Positions 1 to 15,000 of a stretch of 64,000 nucleotides of DNA are shown one piece after another. The translations under genes and the position numbers were made by a program. Under the pieces are notes generated by a model. The model did not search any database. It was not told where the DNA came from and saw only the letters and a list, made by a program, of their open reading frames with translations. Source of the stretch: Yuukianura sp. NJ FZ-2021 (Eukaryota); the NCBI GenBank assembly GCA_046563655.1, contig JAJCTO010000009.1:1240001-1304000 (forward strand), given 5' to 3'. Position 1 is the stretch's first letter. Every line of letters starts with the position of its first letter.

Positions 1-3000
1 GAATCATGACAACTCAGGTTTAACTTAGGATTGAAACTATACAACAAGGTGTTAAACGTTGTGAAAAATGGAACTTATGCCTTTTTACCGCTTATACAAA
101 AATTCTTGGTATTCATCAAATAACGTTCCACTTCGTCGTAGTGCACAACTGACTAAATCACACGTTGAAAAACATGTTGTCAGCGTCCATCCTTGAGCTC
201 AAACTAGAAGTGCCGGTAAAGTGTCAAGCATGCCTTCACTTCAGATGCAACCCATGAGTTTTCACTTTGACATCATAAATCATGGTAACTCACACGTCGA
301 TGGAACTTCTGGGAAAAACCGACCCTTACATTTTCTAAATCAAAAATGAACATTCAGCATTTTTGGCCATTTCTGGATACAATTTTTGGAAAATACTTTT
401 TTATATTTCCTACCAACTTGCACATTAAATAGATCATGTCTGAAAACTTCTGCCCAACAATAGTCCGAAATTGTATTTTAGCCCAGCTCCACCATACCAC
501 AAGTGCATAAGTCTAACTACGATTTAGGTTTAACTTAGGGTTGAAACTATACAACAAGGTGTCAAACGTTGTGAAAAATGGAATTTATGCCTTGTTACCG
601 CTCATACCAAAATTCTTGGTATTCATCAAATAACGGTCCACTTCGTCGTAATGCATAACTGACTAAATCACACGTTGAAAAACATGTTGTCAGCGTCCAT
701 CCTTGAGCTCAAACTAGAAGTGCCGGTGAAGTGTCAAGCATGCCTTCACTTCAGATGCAACCCATGAGTTTTCACTTTGACATCATAACTCACACGTCGA
801 TGGAACTTCTGGGAAAAACCGACCCTTACATTTTCTAAATCAAGAATGAACATTCAGCATTTTTGGCCATTTTTGGATAAAATTTTTGGAAAATACTTTT
901 TTATATTTCCTACCAACTTGCACATTAAATAGATCATGTCTGAAAACTTCTGCCCAACAATAGTCCGAAATTGTATTTTAGCCCAGCTCCACCATACCAC
1001 AAGTGCATAAGTCTAACTACGATTTAGGTTTAAACTTAGGGTTGAAACTATACAACAAGGTGTTAAACGTTGTGAAAAATGGAATTTATGCCTTGTTACC
1101 GCTCATACCAAAATTCTTGGTATTCATCAAATAACGGTCCACTTCGTCGTAATGCATAACTGACTAAATCACACGTTGAAAAACATGTTGTCAGCGTCCA
1201 TCCTTGAGCTCAAACTAGAAGTGCCGGTGAAGTGTGAAGCATGCCTTCACTTCAGATGCAACCCATGAGTTTTCACTTTGACATCATAAATCATGATAAC
1301 TCACACGTCGATGGAACTTCTGGGAAAAACCGACTATTACATTTTCTAAATCAAAATTGAACATTCAGCATTTTTGGATAAAATTTTTGGAAAATACTTT
1401 TTTATATTTCCTACCAACTTGCACATTAAATAGATCATGTCTGAAAACTTCTGCCCAACAATAGTCCGAAATTGTATTTTAGCCCAGCTCCACCATACCA
1501 CAAGTGCATAAGTCTAACTACGATTTAGGTTAAACTTAGGGTTGAAACTATACAACAAGGTGTTAAACGTTGTGAAAAATGGAACTTATGCCTTGTTACC
1601 GCTCATACCAAAATTCTTGGTATTCATCAAATAACGGTCCACTTCGTCGTAATGCATAACTGACTAAATCACACGTTGAAAAACATGTTGTCAGCGTCCA
1701 TCCTTGAGCTCAAACTAGAAGTGCCGGTGAAGTGTCAAGCATGCCTTCACTTCAGATGCAACCCATGAGTTTTCACTTTGACATCATAAATCATGATAAC
1801 TCACACTTCGATGGAACTTCAGGGAAAAACCGACTATTACATTTTCTAAATCAAAATTGAACATTCAGCATTTTTGGCCATTTCTGGATACAATTTTTGG
1901 AAAATACTTTTTTATATTTCCTACCAACTTGCACATTAAATAGATCATGTCTGAAAACTTCTGCCCAACAATAGTCCGAAATTGTATTTTAGCCCAGCTC
2001 CACCATACCACAAGTGCATAAGTCTAACTACGATTTAGGTTTAACTTAGGGTTGAAACTATACAACAAGGTGTTAAACGTTGTGAAAAATGGAATTTATG
2101 CCTTGTTACCGCTCATACCAAAATTCTTGGTATTCATCAAATAACGGTCCACTTCGTCGTAATGCATAACTGACTAAATCACACGTTGAAAAACATGTTG
2201 TCAGCGTCCATCCTTGAGCTCAAACTAGAAGTGCCGGTGAAGTGTCAAGCATGCCTTCACTTCAGATGCAAACCCATGAGTTTTCACTTTGACATCATGA
2301 ATCATGATAACTCACACGTCGATGGAACTTCTGGGAAAAACCGACCCTTACATTTTCTAAATCAAAATTGAACATTCAGCATTTTTGGCCATTTCTGGAT
2401 ACAATTTTTGGAAAATACTTTTTTATATTTCCTACCAACTTGCACATTAAATAGATCATGTCTGAAAACTTCTGCCCAACAATAGTCCGAAATTGTATTT
2501 TAGCCCAGCTCCACCATACCACAAGTGCATAAGTCTAACTACGATTTAGGTTTAACTTAGGGTTGAAACTATACAACAAGGTGTTAAACGTTGTGAAAAA
2601 TGGAATTTATGCCTTGTTACCGCTCATACCAAAATTCTTGGTATTCATCAAATAACGGTCCACTTCGTCGTAATGCATAACTGACTAAATCACACGTTGA
2701 AAAACATGTTGTCAGCGTCCATCCTTGAGCTCAAACTAGAAGTGCCGGTGAAGTGTCAAGCATGCCTTCACTTCAGATGCAACCCATGAGTTTTCACTTT
2801 GACATCATGAATCATGATAACTCACACGTCGATGGAACTTCTGGGAAAAACCGACCCTTACATTTTCTAAATCAAAAATGAACATTCAGCATTTTTGGCC
2901 ATTTCTGGATACAATTTTTGGAAAATACTTTTTAATATTTCCTACCAACTTGCACATTAAATAGATCATGTCTGAAAACTTCTGCCCAACAATAGTCCGA

Positions 3001-6000
3001 AATTGTATTTTAGCACAGCTCCACCATACCACAAGTGCATAAGTCTAACTACGATTTAGGTTTAACTTAGGGTTGAAACTATACAACAAGGTGTTAAACG
3101 TTGTGAAAAATGGAACTTATGCCTTGTTACCGCTCATACCAAAATTCTTGGTATTCATCAAATAACGGTCCACTTCGTCGTAATGCATAACTGACTAAAT
3201 CACACGTTGAAAAACATGTTGTCAGCGTCCATCCTTGAGCTCAAACTAGAAGTGCCGGTGAAGTGTCAAGCATGCCTTCACTTTAGATGCAAACCATGAG
3301 TTCTCACTTTGACACCATGAATCATGATAACTCACACTTCGATGGAACTTCTGGGAAAAACCGACTATTACATTTTCTAAATCAAAATTGAACATTCAGC
3401 ATTTTTGGCCATTTCTGGATACAATTTTTGGAAAATACTTTTTTATATTTCCTACCAACTTGCACATTAAATAGATCATGTCTGAAAACTTCTGCCCAAC
3501 AATAGTCCGAAATTGTATTTTAGCCCAGCTCCACCATACCACAAGTGCATAAGTCTAACTACGATTTAGGTTTAACTTAGGGTTGAAACTATACAACAAG
3601 GTGTTAAACGTTGTGAAAAATGGAACTTATGCCTTGTTACCGCTCATACCAAAATTCTTGGTATTCATCAAATAACGGTCCACTTCGTCGTAATGCATAA
3701 CTGACTAAATCACACGTTGAAAAACATGTTGTCAGCGTCCATCCTTGAGCTCAAACTAGAAGTGCCGGTGAAGTGTCAAGCATGCCTTCACTTTAGATGC
3801 AAACGATGAGTTCTCATTTTGACACCATGAATCATGACAACTCACACTTCAATCGAACTTCAGGGAAAAACCGACTATTACATTTTCTAAATCAAAATTG
3901 AACATTCAGCATTTTTGGCCATTTTTGGATAAAATTTTTGGAAAATACTTTTTTATATTTCCTACCGACTTGCACATTAAATAGATCATGTCTGAAAACT
4001 TCTGCCCAACAATAGTCCGAAATTGTATTTTAGCACAGCTCCACCATACCACAAGTGCATAAGTCTAACTACGATTTAGGTTTAACTTAGGGTTGAAACT
4101 ATACAACAAGGTGTTAAACGTTGTGAAAAATGGAACTTATGCCTTGTTACCGCTTATACCAAAATTCTTGGTATTCATCAAATAACGGTCCACTTCGTCG
4201 TAGTGCATAACTGACTAAATCACACGTTGAAAAACATGTTGTCAGCCTCCATCCTTGAGCTTAAACTAGAAGTGCCGGTAAAGTGTCAAGCATGCCTTCA
4301 CTTTAGATGCAAACGATGAGTTCTCATTTTGACACCATGAATCATGACAACTCACACTTCAATCGAACTTCAGGGAAAAACCGACTATTACATTTTCTAA
4401 ATCAAAATTGAACATTCAGCATTTTTGGCCATTTTTGGATAAAATTTATCAAAAATACTTTTTTATATTTCCTACCGCCTTGCACATTAAATAGATCATG
4501 TCTGAAAACTTCTGCCCAACAATAGTCCGAAATTGTATTTTAGCACAGCTCCACCATACCACAAGTGCATAAGTCTAACTACGATTTAGGTTTAACTTAG
4601 GGTTGAAACTATACAACAAGGTGTTAAACGTTGTGAAAAATGGAATTTATGCCTTGTTACCGCTCATACCAAAATTCTTGGTATTCATCAAATAACGGTC
4701 CACTTCGTCGTAATGCATAACTGACTAAATCACACGTTGAAAAACATGTTGTCAGCGTCCATCCTTGAGCTCAAACTAGAAGTGCCGGTGAAGTGTCAAG
4801 CATGCCTTCACTTTAGACGCAACCCATGAGTTCTCACTTTGACACCATGAATCATGATAACTCTCACGTCGATGGAACTTCTGGGAAAAACCGACTATTA
4901 CATTTTCTAAATCAAAATTGAACATTCAGCATTTTTGGCCATTTTTGGATACAATTTTTGGAAAATACTTTTTTATATTTCCTACCAACTTGCACATTAA
5001 ATAGATCATGTCTGAAAACTTCTGCCCAACAATAGTCCGAAATTGTATTTTAGCACAGCTCCACCATACCACAAGTGCATAAGTCTAACTACGATTTAGG
5101 TTTAACTTAGGGTTGAAACTATACAACAAGGTGTTAAACGTTGTGAAAAATGGAACTTATGCCTTGTTACCGCTCATACCAAAATTCTTGGTATTCATCA
5201 AATAACGGTCCACTTCGTCGTAATGCATAACTGACTAAATCACACGTTGAAAAACATGTTGTCAGCGTCCATCCTTGAGCTCAAACTAGAAGTGCCGGTG
5301 AAGTGTCAAGCATGCCTTCACTTTAGATGCAACCCATGAGTTCTCACTTTGACACCATGAATCATGATAACTCACACTTCGATGGAACTTCTGGGAAAAA
5401 CCGACTATTACATTTTCTAAATCAAAATTGAACATTCAGCATTTTTGGCCATTTCTGGATACAATTTTTGGAAAATACTTTTTTATATTTCCTACCAACT
5501 TGCACATTAAATAGATCATGTCTGAAAACTTCTGCCCAACAATAGTCCGAAATTGTATTTTAGCACAGCTCCACCATACCACAAGTGCATAAGTCTAACT
5601 ACGATTTAGGTTTAACTTAGGGTTGAAACTATACAACAAGGTGTTAAACGTTGTGAAAAATGGAACTTATGCCTTGTTACCGCTCATACCAAAATTCTTG
5701 GTATTCATCAAATAACGGTCCACTTCGTCGTACTGCATAACTGACTAAATCACACGTTGAAAAACATGTTGTCAGCGTCCATCCTCGAGCTCAAGCTAGA
5801 AGTGCCGGTGAAGTGTCCAGCTTGCCTTTATGTCCAGATGCAAACCATGAGTTCTCACTTTGACACCATGAATCATGATAACTGACACGGCAATCGAACT
5901 TCTGGGAAAAACCGACTATTACATTTTCTAAATCAAAATTGAACATTCAGCATTTTTGGCCATTTTTGGATAAAATTTTTGGAAAATACTTTTTTATATT

Positions 6001-9000
6001 TCCTACCAACTTGCACATTAAATAGATCATGTCTGAAAACTTCTGCCCAACAATAGTCCGAAATTGTATTTTAGCACAGCTCCACCATACCACAAGTGCA
6101 TAAGTCTAACTACGATTTAGGTTTAACTTAGGGTTGAAACTATACAACAAGGTGTCAAACGTTGTGAAAAATGGAATTTATGCCTTGTTACCGCTCATAC
6201 CAAAATTCTTGGTATTCATCAAATAACGGTCCACTTCGTCGTAATGCATAACTGACTAAATCACACGTTGAAAAACATGTTGTCAGCGTCCATCCTTGAG
6301 CTCAAACTAGAAGTGCCGGTGAAGTGTCAAGCATGCCTTCACTTCAGATGCAACCCATGAGTTCTCACTTTGACACCATGAATCATGATGACTCACACGT
6401 CGATGGAACTTCAGGGAAAAACCGACTATTACATTTTCTAAATCAAAATTGAACATTCAGCATTTTTGGCCATTTCTGGATACAATTTTTGGAAAATACT
6501 TTTTTATATTTCCTACCAACTTGCACATTAAATAGATCATGTCTGAAAACTTCTGCCCAACAATAGTCCGAAATTGTATTTTAGCACAGCTCCACCATAC
6601 CACAAGTGCATAAGTCTAACTACGATTTAGGTTTAACTTAGGGTTGAAACTATACAACAAGGTGTTAAACGTTGTGAAAAATGGAATCTTATGCCTTGTT
6701 ACCGCTCATACCAAAATTCTTGGTATTCATCAAATAACGGTCCACTTCGTCGTAATGCATAACTGACTAAATCACACGTTGAAAAACATGTTGTCAGCGT
6801 CCATCCTTGAGCTCAAACTAGAAGTGCCGGTGAAGTGTCAAGCATGCCTTCACTTTAGATGCAACCCATGAGTTTTCACTTTGACACCATGAATCATGAT
6901 AACTCACACGTCGATGGAACTTCTGGGAAAAACCGACCCTTACATTTTCTAAATCAAAATTGAACATTCAGCATTTTTGGCCATTTCTGGATACAATTTT
7001 TGGAAAATACTTTTTTATATTTCCTACCAACTTGCACATTAAATAGATCATGTCTGAAAACTTCTGCCCAACAATAGTCCGAAATTGTATTTTAGCCCAG
7101 CTCCACCATACCACAAGTGCATAAGTCTAACTACGATTTAGGTTTAACTTAGGGTTGAAACTATACAACAAGGTGTTAAACGTTGTGAAAAATGGAACTT
7201 ATGCCTTGTTACCGCTCATACCAAAATTCTTGGTATTCATCAAATAACGGTCCACTTCGTCGTAATGCATAACTGACTAAATCACACGTTGAAAAACATG
7301 TTGTCAGCGTCCATCCTTGAGCTCAAACTAGAAGTGCCGGTGAAGTGTCAAGCATGCCTTCACTTCAGATGCAACCCATGAGTTTTCACTTTGACATCAT
7401 AAATCATGATAACTCACACTTCAATCGAACTTCAGGGAAAAACCGACTATTACATTTTCTAAATCAAAATTGAACATTCAGCATTTTTGGCCATTTTTGG
7501 ATAAAATTTTTGGAAAATACTTTTTTATATTTTCTACCGACTTGCACATTAAATAGATCATGTCTGAAAACTTCTGCCCAACAATAGTCCGAAATTGTAT
7601 TTTAGCACAGCTCCACCATACCACAAGTGCATAAGTCTAACTACGATTTAGGTTTAACTTAGGGTTGAAACTATACAACAAGGTGTCAAACGTTGTGAAA
7701 AATGGAACTTATGCCTTGTTACCGCTCATACCAAAATTCTTGGTATTCATCAAATAACGGTCCACTTCGTCGTAATGCATAACTGACTAAATCACACGTT
7801 GAAAAACATGTTGTCAGCGTCCATCCTTGAGCTTAAACTAGAAGTGCCGGTAAAGTGTCAAGCATGCCTTCACTTTAGATGCAAACGATGAGTTCTCATT
7901 TTGACACCATGAATCATGACAACTCAGGTTTAACTTAGGGTTGAAACTATACAACAAGGTGTTAAACGTTGTGAAAAATGGAACTTATGCCTTTTTACCG
8001 CTTATACAAAAATTCTTGGTATTCATCAAATAACGGTCCACTTCGTCGTAGTGCATAACTGACTAAATCACACGTTGAAAAACATGTTGTCAGCCTCCAT
8101 CCTTGAGCTTAAACTAGAAGTGCCGGTAAAGTGTCAAGCATGCCTTCACTTTAGATGCAAACGATGAGTTCTCATTTTGACACCATGAATCATGACAACT
8201 CACACTTCAATCGAACTTCAGGGAAAAACCGACTATTACATTTTCTAAATCAAAATTGAACATTCAGCATTTTTGGCCATTTTTGGATAAAATTTTTGGA
8301 AAATACTTTTTAATATTTTCTACCGACTTGCACATTAAATAGATCATGTCTGAAAACTTCTGCCCAACAATAGTCCGAAATTGTATTTTAGCACAGCTCC
8401 ACCATACCACAAGTGCATAAGTCTAACTACGATTTAGGTTTAACTTAGGGTTGAAACTATACAACAAGGTGTCAAACGTTGTGAAAAATGGAATTTATGC
8501 CTTGTTACCGCTCATACCAAAATTCTTGGTATTCATCAAATAACGGTCCACTTCGTCGTAATGCATAACTGACTAAATCACACGTTGAAAAACATGTTGT
8601 CAGCGTCCATCCTTGAGCTTAAACTAGAAGTGCCGGTAAAGTGTCAAGCATGCCTTCACTTTAGATGCAAACCATGAGTTCTCATTTTGACACCATGAAT
8701 CATGACAACTCACACTTCAATCGAACTTCAGGGAAAAACAGACTATTACATTTTCTAAATCAAAATTGAACATTCAGCATTTTTGGCCATTTTTGGATAA
8801 AATGTTTGGAAAATACTTTCTAATATTTTCTACCGACTTGCACATTAAATAGATCATGTCTGAAAATTTCTGCCCAACAATAGTCCGAAATTGTATTTTA
8901 GCACAGCTCCACCATACCACAAGTGCATAAGTCTAACTACGATTTAGGTTTAACTTAGGGTTGAAACTATACAACAAGGTGTTCAAACGTTGTGAAAAAT

Positions 9001-12000
9001 GGAACTTTATGCCTTGTTACCGCTCATACCAAAATTCTTGGTATTCATCAAATAACGGTCCACTTCGTCGTAATGCATAACTGACTAAATCACACGTTGA
9101 AAAACATGTTGTCAGCGTCCATCCTTGAGCTTAACTAGAAGTGCCGGTAAAGTGTCAAGCATGCCTTCACTTTAGATGCAAACGATGAGTTCTCATTTTG
9201 ACACCATGAATCATGACAACTCACACTTCAATCGAACTTCAGGGAAAAACCGACTATTACATTTTCTAAATCAAAATTGAACATTCAGCATTTTTGGCCA
9301 TTTTTGGATAAAATTTTTGGAAAATACTTTTTAATATTTTCTACCGACTTGCACATTAAATAGATCATGTCTGAAAACTTCTGCCCAACAATAGTCCGAA
9401 ATTGTATTTTAGCACAGCTCCACCATACCACAAGTGCATAAGTCTAACTACGATTTAGGTTTAACTTAGGGTTGAAACTATACAACAAGGTGTCAAACGT
9501 TGTGAAAAATGGAATTTATGCCTTGTTACCGCTCATACCAAAATTCTTGGTATTCATCAAATAACGGTCCACTTCGTCGTAATGCATAACTGACTAAATC
9601 ACACGTTGAAAAACATGTTGTCAGCGTCCATCCTTGAGCTTAAACTAGAAGTGCCGGTAAAGTGTCAAGCATGCCTTCACTTTAGATGCAAACGATGAGT
9701 TCTCATTTTGACACCATGAATCATGACAACTCACACTTCAATCGAACTTCAGGGAAAAACCGACTATTACATTTTCTAAATCAAAATTGAACATTCAGCA
9801 TTTTTGGCCATTTTTGGATAGAATTTTTGGAAAATACTTTTTTATATTTCCTACCAACTTGCACATTAAATAGATCATGTCTGAAAACTTCTGCCCAACA
9901 ATAGTCCGAAATTGTATTTTAGCACAGCTCCACCATACCACAAGTGCATAAGTCTAACTACGATTTAGGTTTAACTTAGGGTTGAAACTATACAACAAGG
10001 TGTTAAACGTTGTGAAAAATGGAATTTATGCCTTTTTACCGCTTATACAAAAATTTTTGGTATTCATCAAATAACGGTCCACTTCGTCGTAGTGCATAAC
10101 TGACTAAATCACACGTTGAAAAACATGTTGTCAGCCTCCATCCTTGAGCTTAAACTAGAAGTGCCGGTGAAGTGTCAAGCATGCCTTCACTTTAGATGCA
10201 AACCATGAGTTTTCATATTGACACCATGAATCATGATGACTCACACTTCGATGGAACTTCAGGGAAAAACCGACTATTACATTTTCTAAATCAAAATTGA
10301 ACATTCAGCATTTTTGGCCATTTTTGGATAAAATGTTTGGAAAATACTTTCTAATATTTCCTACCAACTTGCACATTAAATAGATCTTGTCTGAAAATTT
10401 CTGCCCATTAATAGTCCGAAATTGTATTTTAGCACAGCTCCACCATACCACAAGTGCATAAGTCTAACTACGATTTAGGTTTAACTTAGGGTTGAAACTA
10501 TACAACAAGGTGTCAAACGTTGTGAAAAATGGAACTTATGCCTTGTTACCGCTCATACCAAAATTCTTGGTATTCATCAAATAACGGTCCACTTCGTCGT
10601 AATGCATAACTGACTAAATCACACGTTGAAAAACATGTTGTCAGCGTCCATCCTTGAGCTTTAACTAGAAGTGCCGGTAAAGTGTCAAGCATGCCTTCAC
10701 TTTAGATGCAAACCATGAGTTCTCATTTTGACACCATGAATCATGACAACTCACACTTCAATCGACTTTCAGGGAAAAACCGACTATTACATTTTCTAAA
10801 TCAAAATTGAACATTCAGCATTTTTGGCCATTTTTGGATAAAATTTTTGGAAAATACTTTTTAATATTTTCTACCGACTTGCACATTAAATAGATCATGT
10901 CTGAAAACTTCTGCCCAACAATAGTCCGAAATTGTATTTTAGCACAGCTCCACCATACCACAAGTGCATAAGTCTAACTACGATTTAGGTTTAACTTAGG
11001 GTTGAAACTATACAACAAGGTGTCAAACGTTGTGAAAAATGGAATTTATGCCTTGTTACCGCTCATACCAAAATTCTTGGTATTCATCAAATAACGGTCC
11101 ACTTCGTCGTAATGCATAACTGACTAAATCACACGTTGAAAAACATGTTGTCAGCGTCCATCCTTGAGCTTAAACTAGAAGTGCCGGTAAAGTGTCAAGC
11201 ATGCCTTCACTTTAGATGCAAACGATGAGTTCTCATTTTGACACCATGAATCATGACAACTCACACTTCAATCGAACTTCAGGGAAAAACCGACTATTAC
11301 ATTTTCTAAATCAAAATTGAACATTCAGCATTTTTGGCCATTTTTGGATAGAATTTTTGGAAAATACTTTTTTATATTTCCTACCAACTTGCACATTAAA
11401 TAGATCATGTCTGAAAACTTCTGCCCAACAATAGTCCGAAATTGTATTTTAGCACAGCTCCACCATACCACAAGTGCATAAGTCTAACTACGATTTAGGT
11501 TTAACTTAGGGTTGAAACTATACAACAAGGTGTCAAACGTTGTGAAAAATGGAATTTATGCCTTGTTACCGCTCATACCAAAATTCTTGGTATTCATCAA
11601 ATAACGGTCCACTTCGTCGTAATGCATAACTGACTAAATCACACGTTGAAAAACATGTTGTCAGCGTCCATCCTTGAGCTTAAACTAGAAGTGCCGGTAA
11701 AGTGTCAAGCATGCCTTCACTTTAGATGCAAACGATGAGTTCTCATTTTGACACCATGAATCATGACAACTCACACTTCAATCGAACTTCAGGGAAAAAC
11801 CGACTATTACATTTTCTAAATCAAAATTGAACATTCAGCATTTTTGGCCATTTTTGGATAAAATTTTTGGAAAATACTTTTTAATATTTTCTACCGACTT
11901 GCACATTAAATAGATCATGTCTGAAAACTTCTGCCCAACAATAGTCCGAAATTGTATTTTAGCACAGCTCCACCATACCACAAGTGCATAAGTCTAACTA

Positions 12001-15000
12001 CGATTTAGGTTTAACTTAGGGTTGAAACTATACAACAAGGTGTTCAAACGTTGTGAAAAATGGAATTTATGCCTTGTTACCGCTCATACCAAAATTCTTG
12101 GTATTCATCAAATAACGGTCCACTTCGTCGTAATGCATAACTGACTAAATCACACGTTGAAAAACATGTTGTCAGCGTCCATCCTTGAGCTTAAACTAGA
12201 AGTGCCGGTAAAGTGTCAAGCATGCCTTCACTTTAGATGCAAACGATGAGTTCTCATTTTGACACCATGAATCATGACAACTCACACTTCAATCGAACTT
12301 CAGGGAAAAACCGACTATTACATTTTCTAAATCAAAATTGAACATTCAGCATTTTTGGCCATTTTTGGATAGAATTTTTGGAAAATACTTTTTTATATTT
12401 CCTACCAACTTGCACATTAAATAGATCATGTCTGAAAACTTCTGCCAAACAAAAGTCCGAAATTGTATTTTAGCACAGCTCCACCATACCACAAGTGCAT
12501 AAGTCTAACTACGATTTAGGTTTAACTTAGGGTTGAAACTATACAACAAGGTGTTAAACGTTGTGAAAAATGGAATTTATGCGTTTTTACCGCTTATACA
12601 AAAATTCTTGGTATTCATCAAATAACGGTCCACTTTGTTGTAGTGCATAACTGACTAAATCACACGTTGAAAAACATGTTGTCAGCCTCCATCCTTGAGC
12701 TTAAACTAGAAGTGCCGGTGAAGTGTCAAGCATGCCTTCACTTTAGATGCAAACCATGAGTTTTCATATTGACACCATGAATCATGATGACTCACACTTC
12801 GATGGAACTTCAGGGAAAAACCGACTATTACATTTTCTAAATCAAAATTGAACATTCAGCATTTTTGGCCATTTTTGGATAAAATGTTTGGAAAATACTT
12901 TCTAATATTTCCTACCAACTTGCACATTAAATAGATCTTGTCTGAAAATTTCTGCCCATTAATAGTCCGAAATTGTATTTTAGCACAGCTCCACCATACC
13001 ACAAGTGCATAAGTCTAACTACGATTTAGGTTTAACTTAGGGTTGAAACTATACAACAAGGTGTTAAACGTTGTGAAAAATGGAATTTATGCCTTGTTAC
13101 CGCTCATACCAAAATTCTTGGTATTCATCAAATAACGGTCCACTTCGTCGTAATGCATAACTGACTAAATCACACGTTGAAAAACATGTTGTCAGCCTCC
13201 ATCCTTGAGCTTAAACTAGAAGTGCCGGTAAAGTGTCAAGCATGCCTTCACTTTAGATGCAAACCATGAGTTCTCATTTTGACACCATGAATCATGATGA
13301 CTCACACTTCGATGGAACTTCAGGGAAAAACCGACTATTACATTTTCTAAATCAAAATTGAACATTCAGCATTTTTGGCCATTTTTGGATAGAATTTTTG
13401 GAAAATACTTTTTTATATTTCCTACCAACTTGCACATTAAATAGATCATGTCTGAAAACTTCTGCCCAACAATAGTCCGAAATTGTATTTTAGCACAGCT
13501 CCACCATACCACAAGTGCATAAGTCTAACTACGATTTAGGTTTAACTTAGGGTTGAAACTATACAACAAGGTGTTAAACGTTGTGAAAAATGGAATTTAT
13601 GCGTTTTTACCGCTTATACAAAAATTCTTGGTATTCATCAAATAACGGTCCACTTCGTCGTAGTGCATAACTGACTAAATCACACGTTGAAAAACATGTT
13701 GTCAGCGTCCATCCTTGAGCTCAAACTAGAAGTGCCGGTGAAGTGTCAAGCATGCCTTCACTTCAGATGCAACCCATGAGTTTTCACTTTGACATCATAA
13801 ATCATGACAACTCACACTTCAATCGAACTTCAGGGAAAAACCGACTATTACATTTTCTAAATCAAAATTGAACATTCAGCATTTTTGGCCATTTCTGGAT
13901 ACAATTTTTGGAAAATACTTTTTTATATTTCCTACCAACTTGCACATTAAATAGATCATGTCTGAAAACTTCTGCCCAACAATAGTCCGAAATTGTATTT
14001 TAGCCCAGCTCCACCATACCACAAGTGCATAAGTCTAACTACGATTTAGGTTTAACTTAGGGTTGAAACTATACAACAAGGTGTTAAACGTTGTGAAAAA
14101 TGGAATTTATGCGTTTTTACCGCTTATACAAAAATTCTTGGTATTCATCAAATAACGGTCCACTTCGTCGTAGTGCATAACTGACTAAATCACACGTTGA
14201 AAAACATGTTGTCAGCGTCCATCCTTGAGCTTAAACTAGAAGTGCCGGTGAAGTGTCAAGCATGCCTTCACTTTAGATGCAAACGATGAGTTCTCATTTT
14301 GACACCATGAATCATGACAACTCACACTTCGATGGAACTTCAGGGAAAAACCGACTATTACATTTTCTAAATCAAAATTGAACATTCAGCATTTTTGGCC
14401 ATTTTTGGATAGAATTTTTGGAAAATACTTTTTTATATTTCCTACCAACTTGCACATTAAATAGATCATGTCTGAAAACTTCTGCCAAACAAAAGTCCGA
14501 AATTGTATTTTAGCACAGCTCCACCATACCACAAGTGCATAAGTCTAACTACGATTTAGGTTTAACTTAGGGTTGAAACTATACAACAAGGTGTTAAACG
14601 TTGTGAAAAATGGAATTTATGCGTTTTTACCGCTTATACCAAAAATTCTTGGTATTCATCAAATAACGGTCCACTTCGTCGTAGTGCATAACTGACTAAA
14701 TCACACGTTGAAAAACATGTTGTCAGCCTCCATCCTTGAGCTTAAACTAGAAGTGCCGGTGAAGTGTCAAGCATGCCTTCACTTTAGATGCAAACCATGA
14801 GTTTTCATATTGACACCATGAATCATGATGACTCACACTTCGATGGAACTTCAGGGAAAAACCGACTATTACATTTTCTAAATCAAAATTGAACATTCAG
14901 CATTTTTGGCCATTTTTGGATAAAATGTTTGGAAAATACTTTCTAATATTTCCTACCAACTTGCACATTAAATAGATCTTGTCTGAAAACTTCTGCCAAA

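Noticed and set aside
524..541. TTAGG/TTAGGG telomere-like words in each monomer
   Set aside because: Only two isolated words per 510 bp, not a tandem telomeric tract.
1462..1971. 510-bp monomer as 3 x 170-bp subunits
   Set aside because: The arithmetic is suggestive but I could not see internal 170-bp similarity; a self dot plot would be needed.
2186..2371. Short ORFs in the satellite (also 31660, 50920, 57838, 59267, 61699)
   Set aside because: They arise from chance indels or substitutions in single monomers and show no protein motifs.
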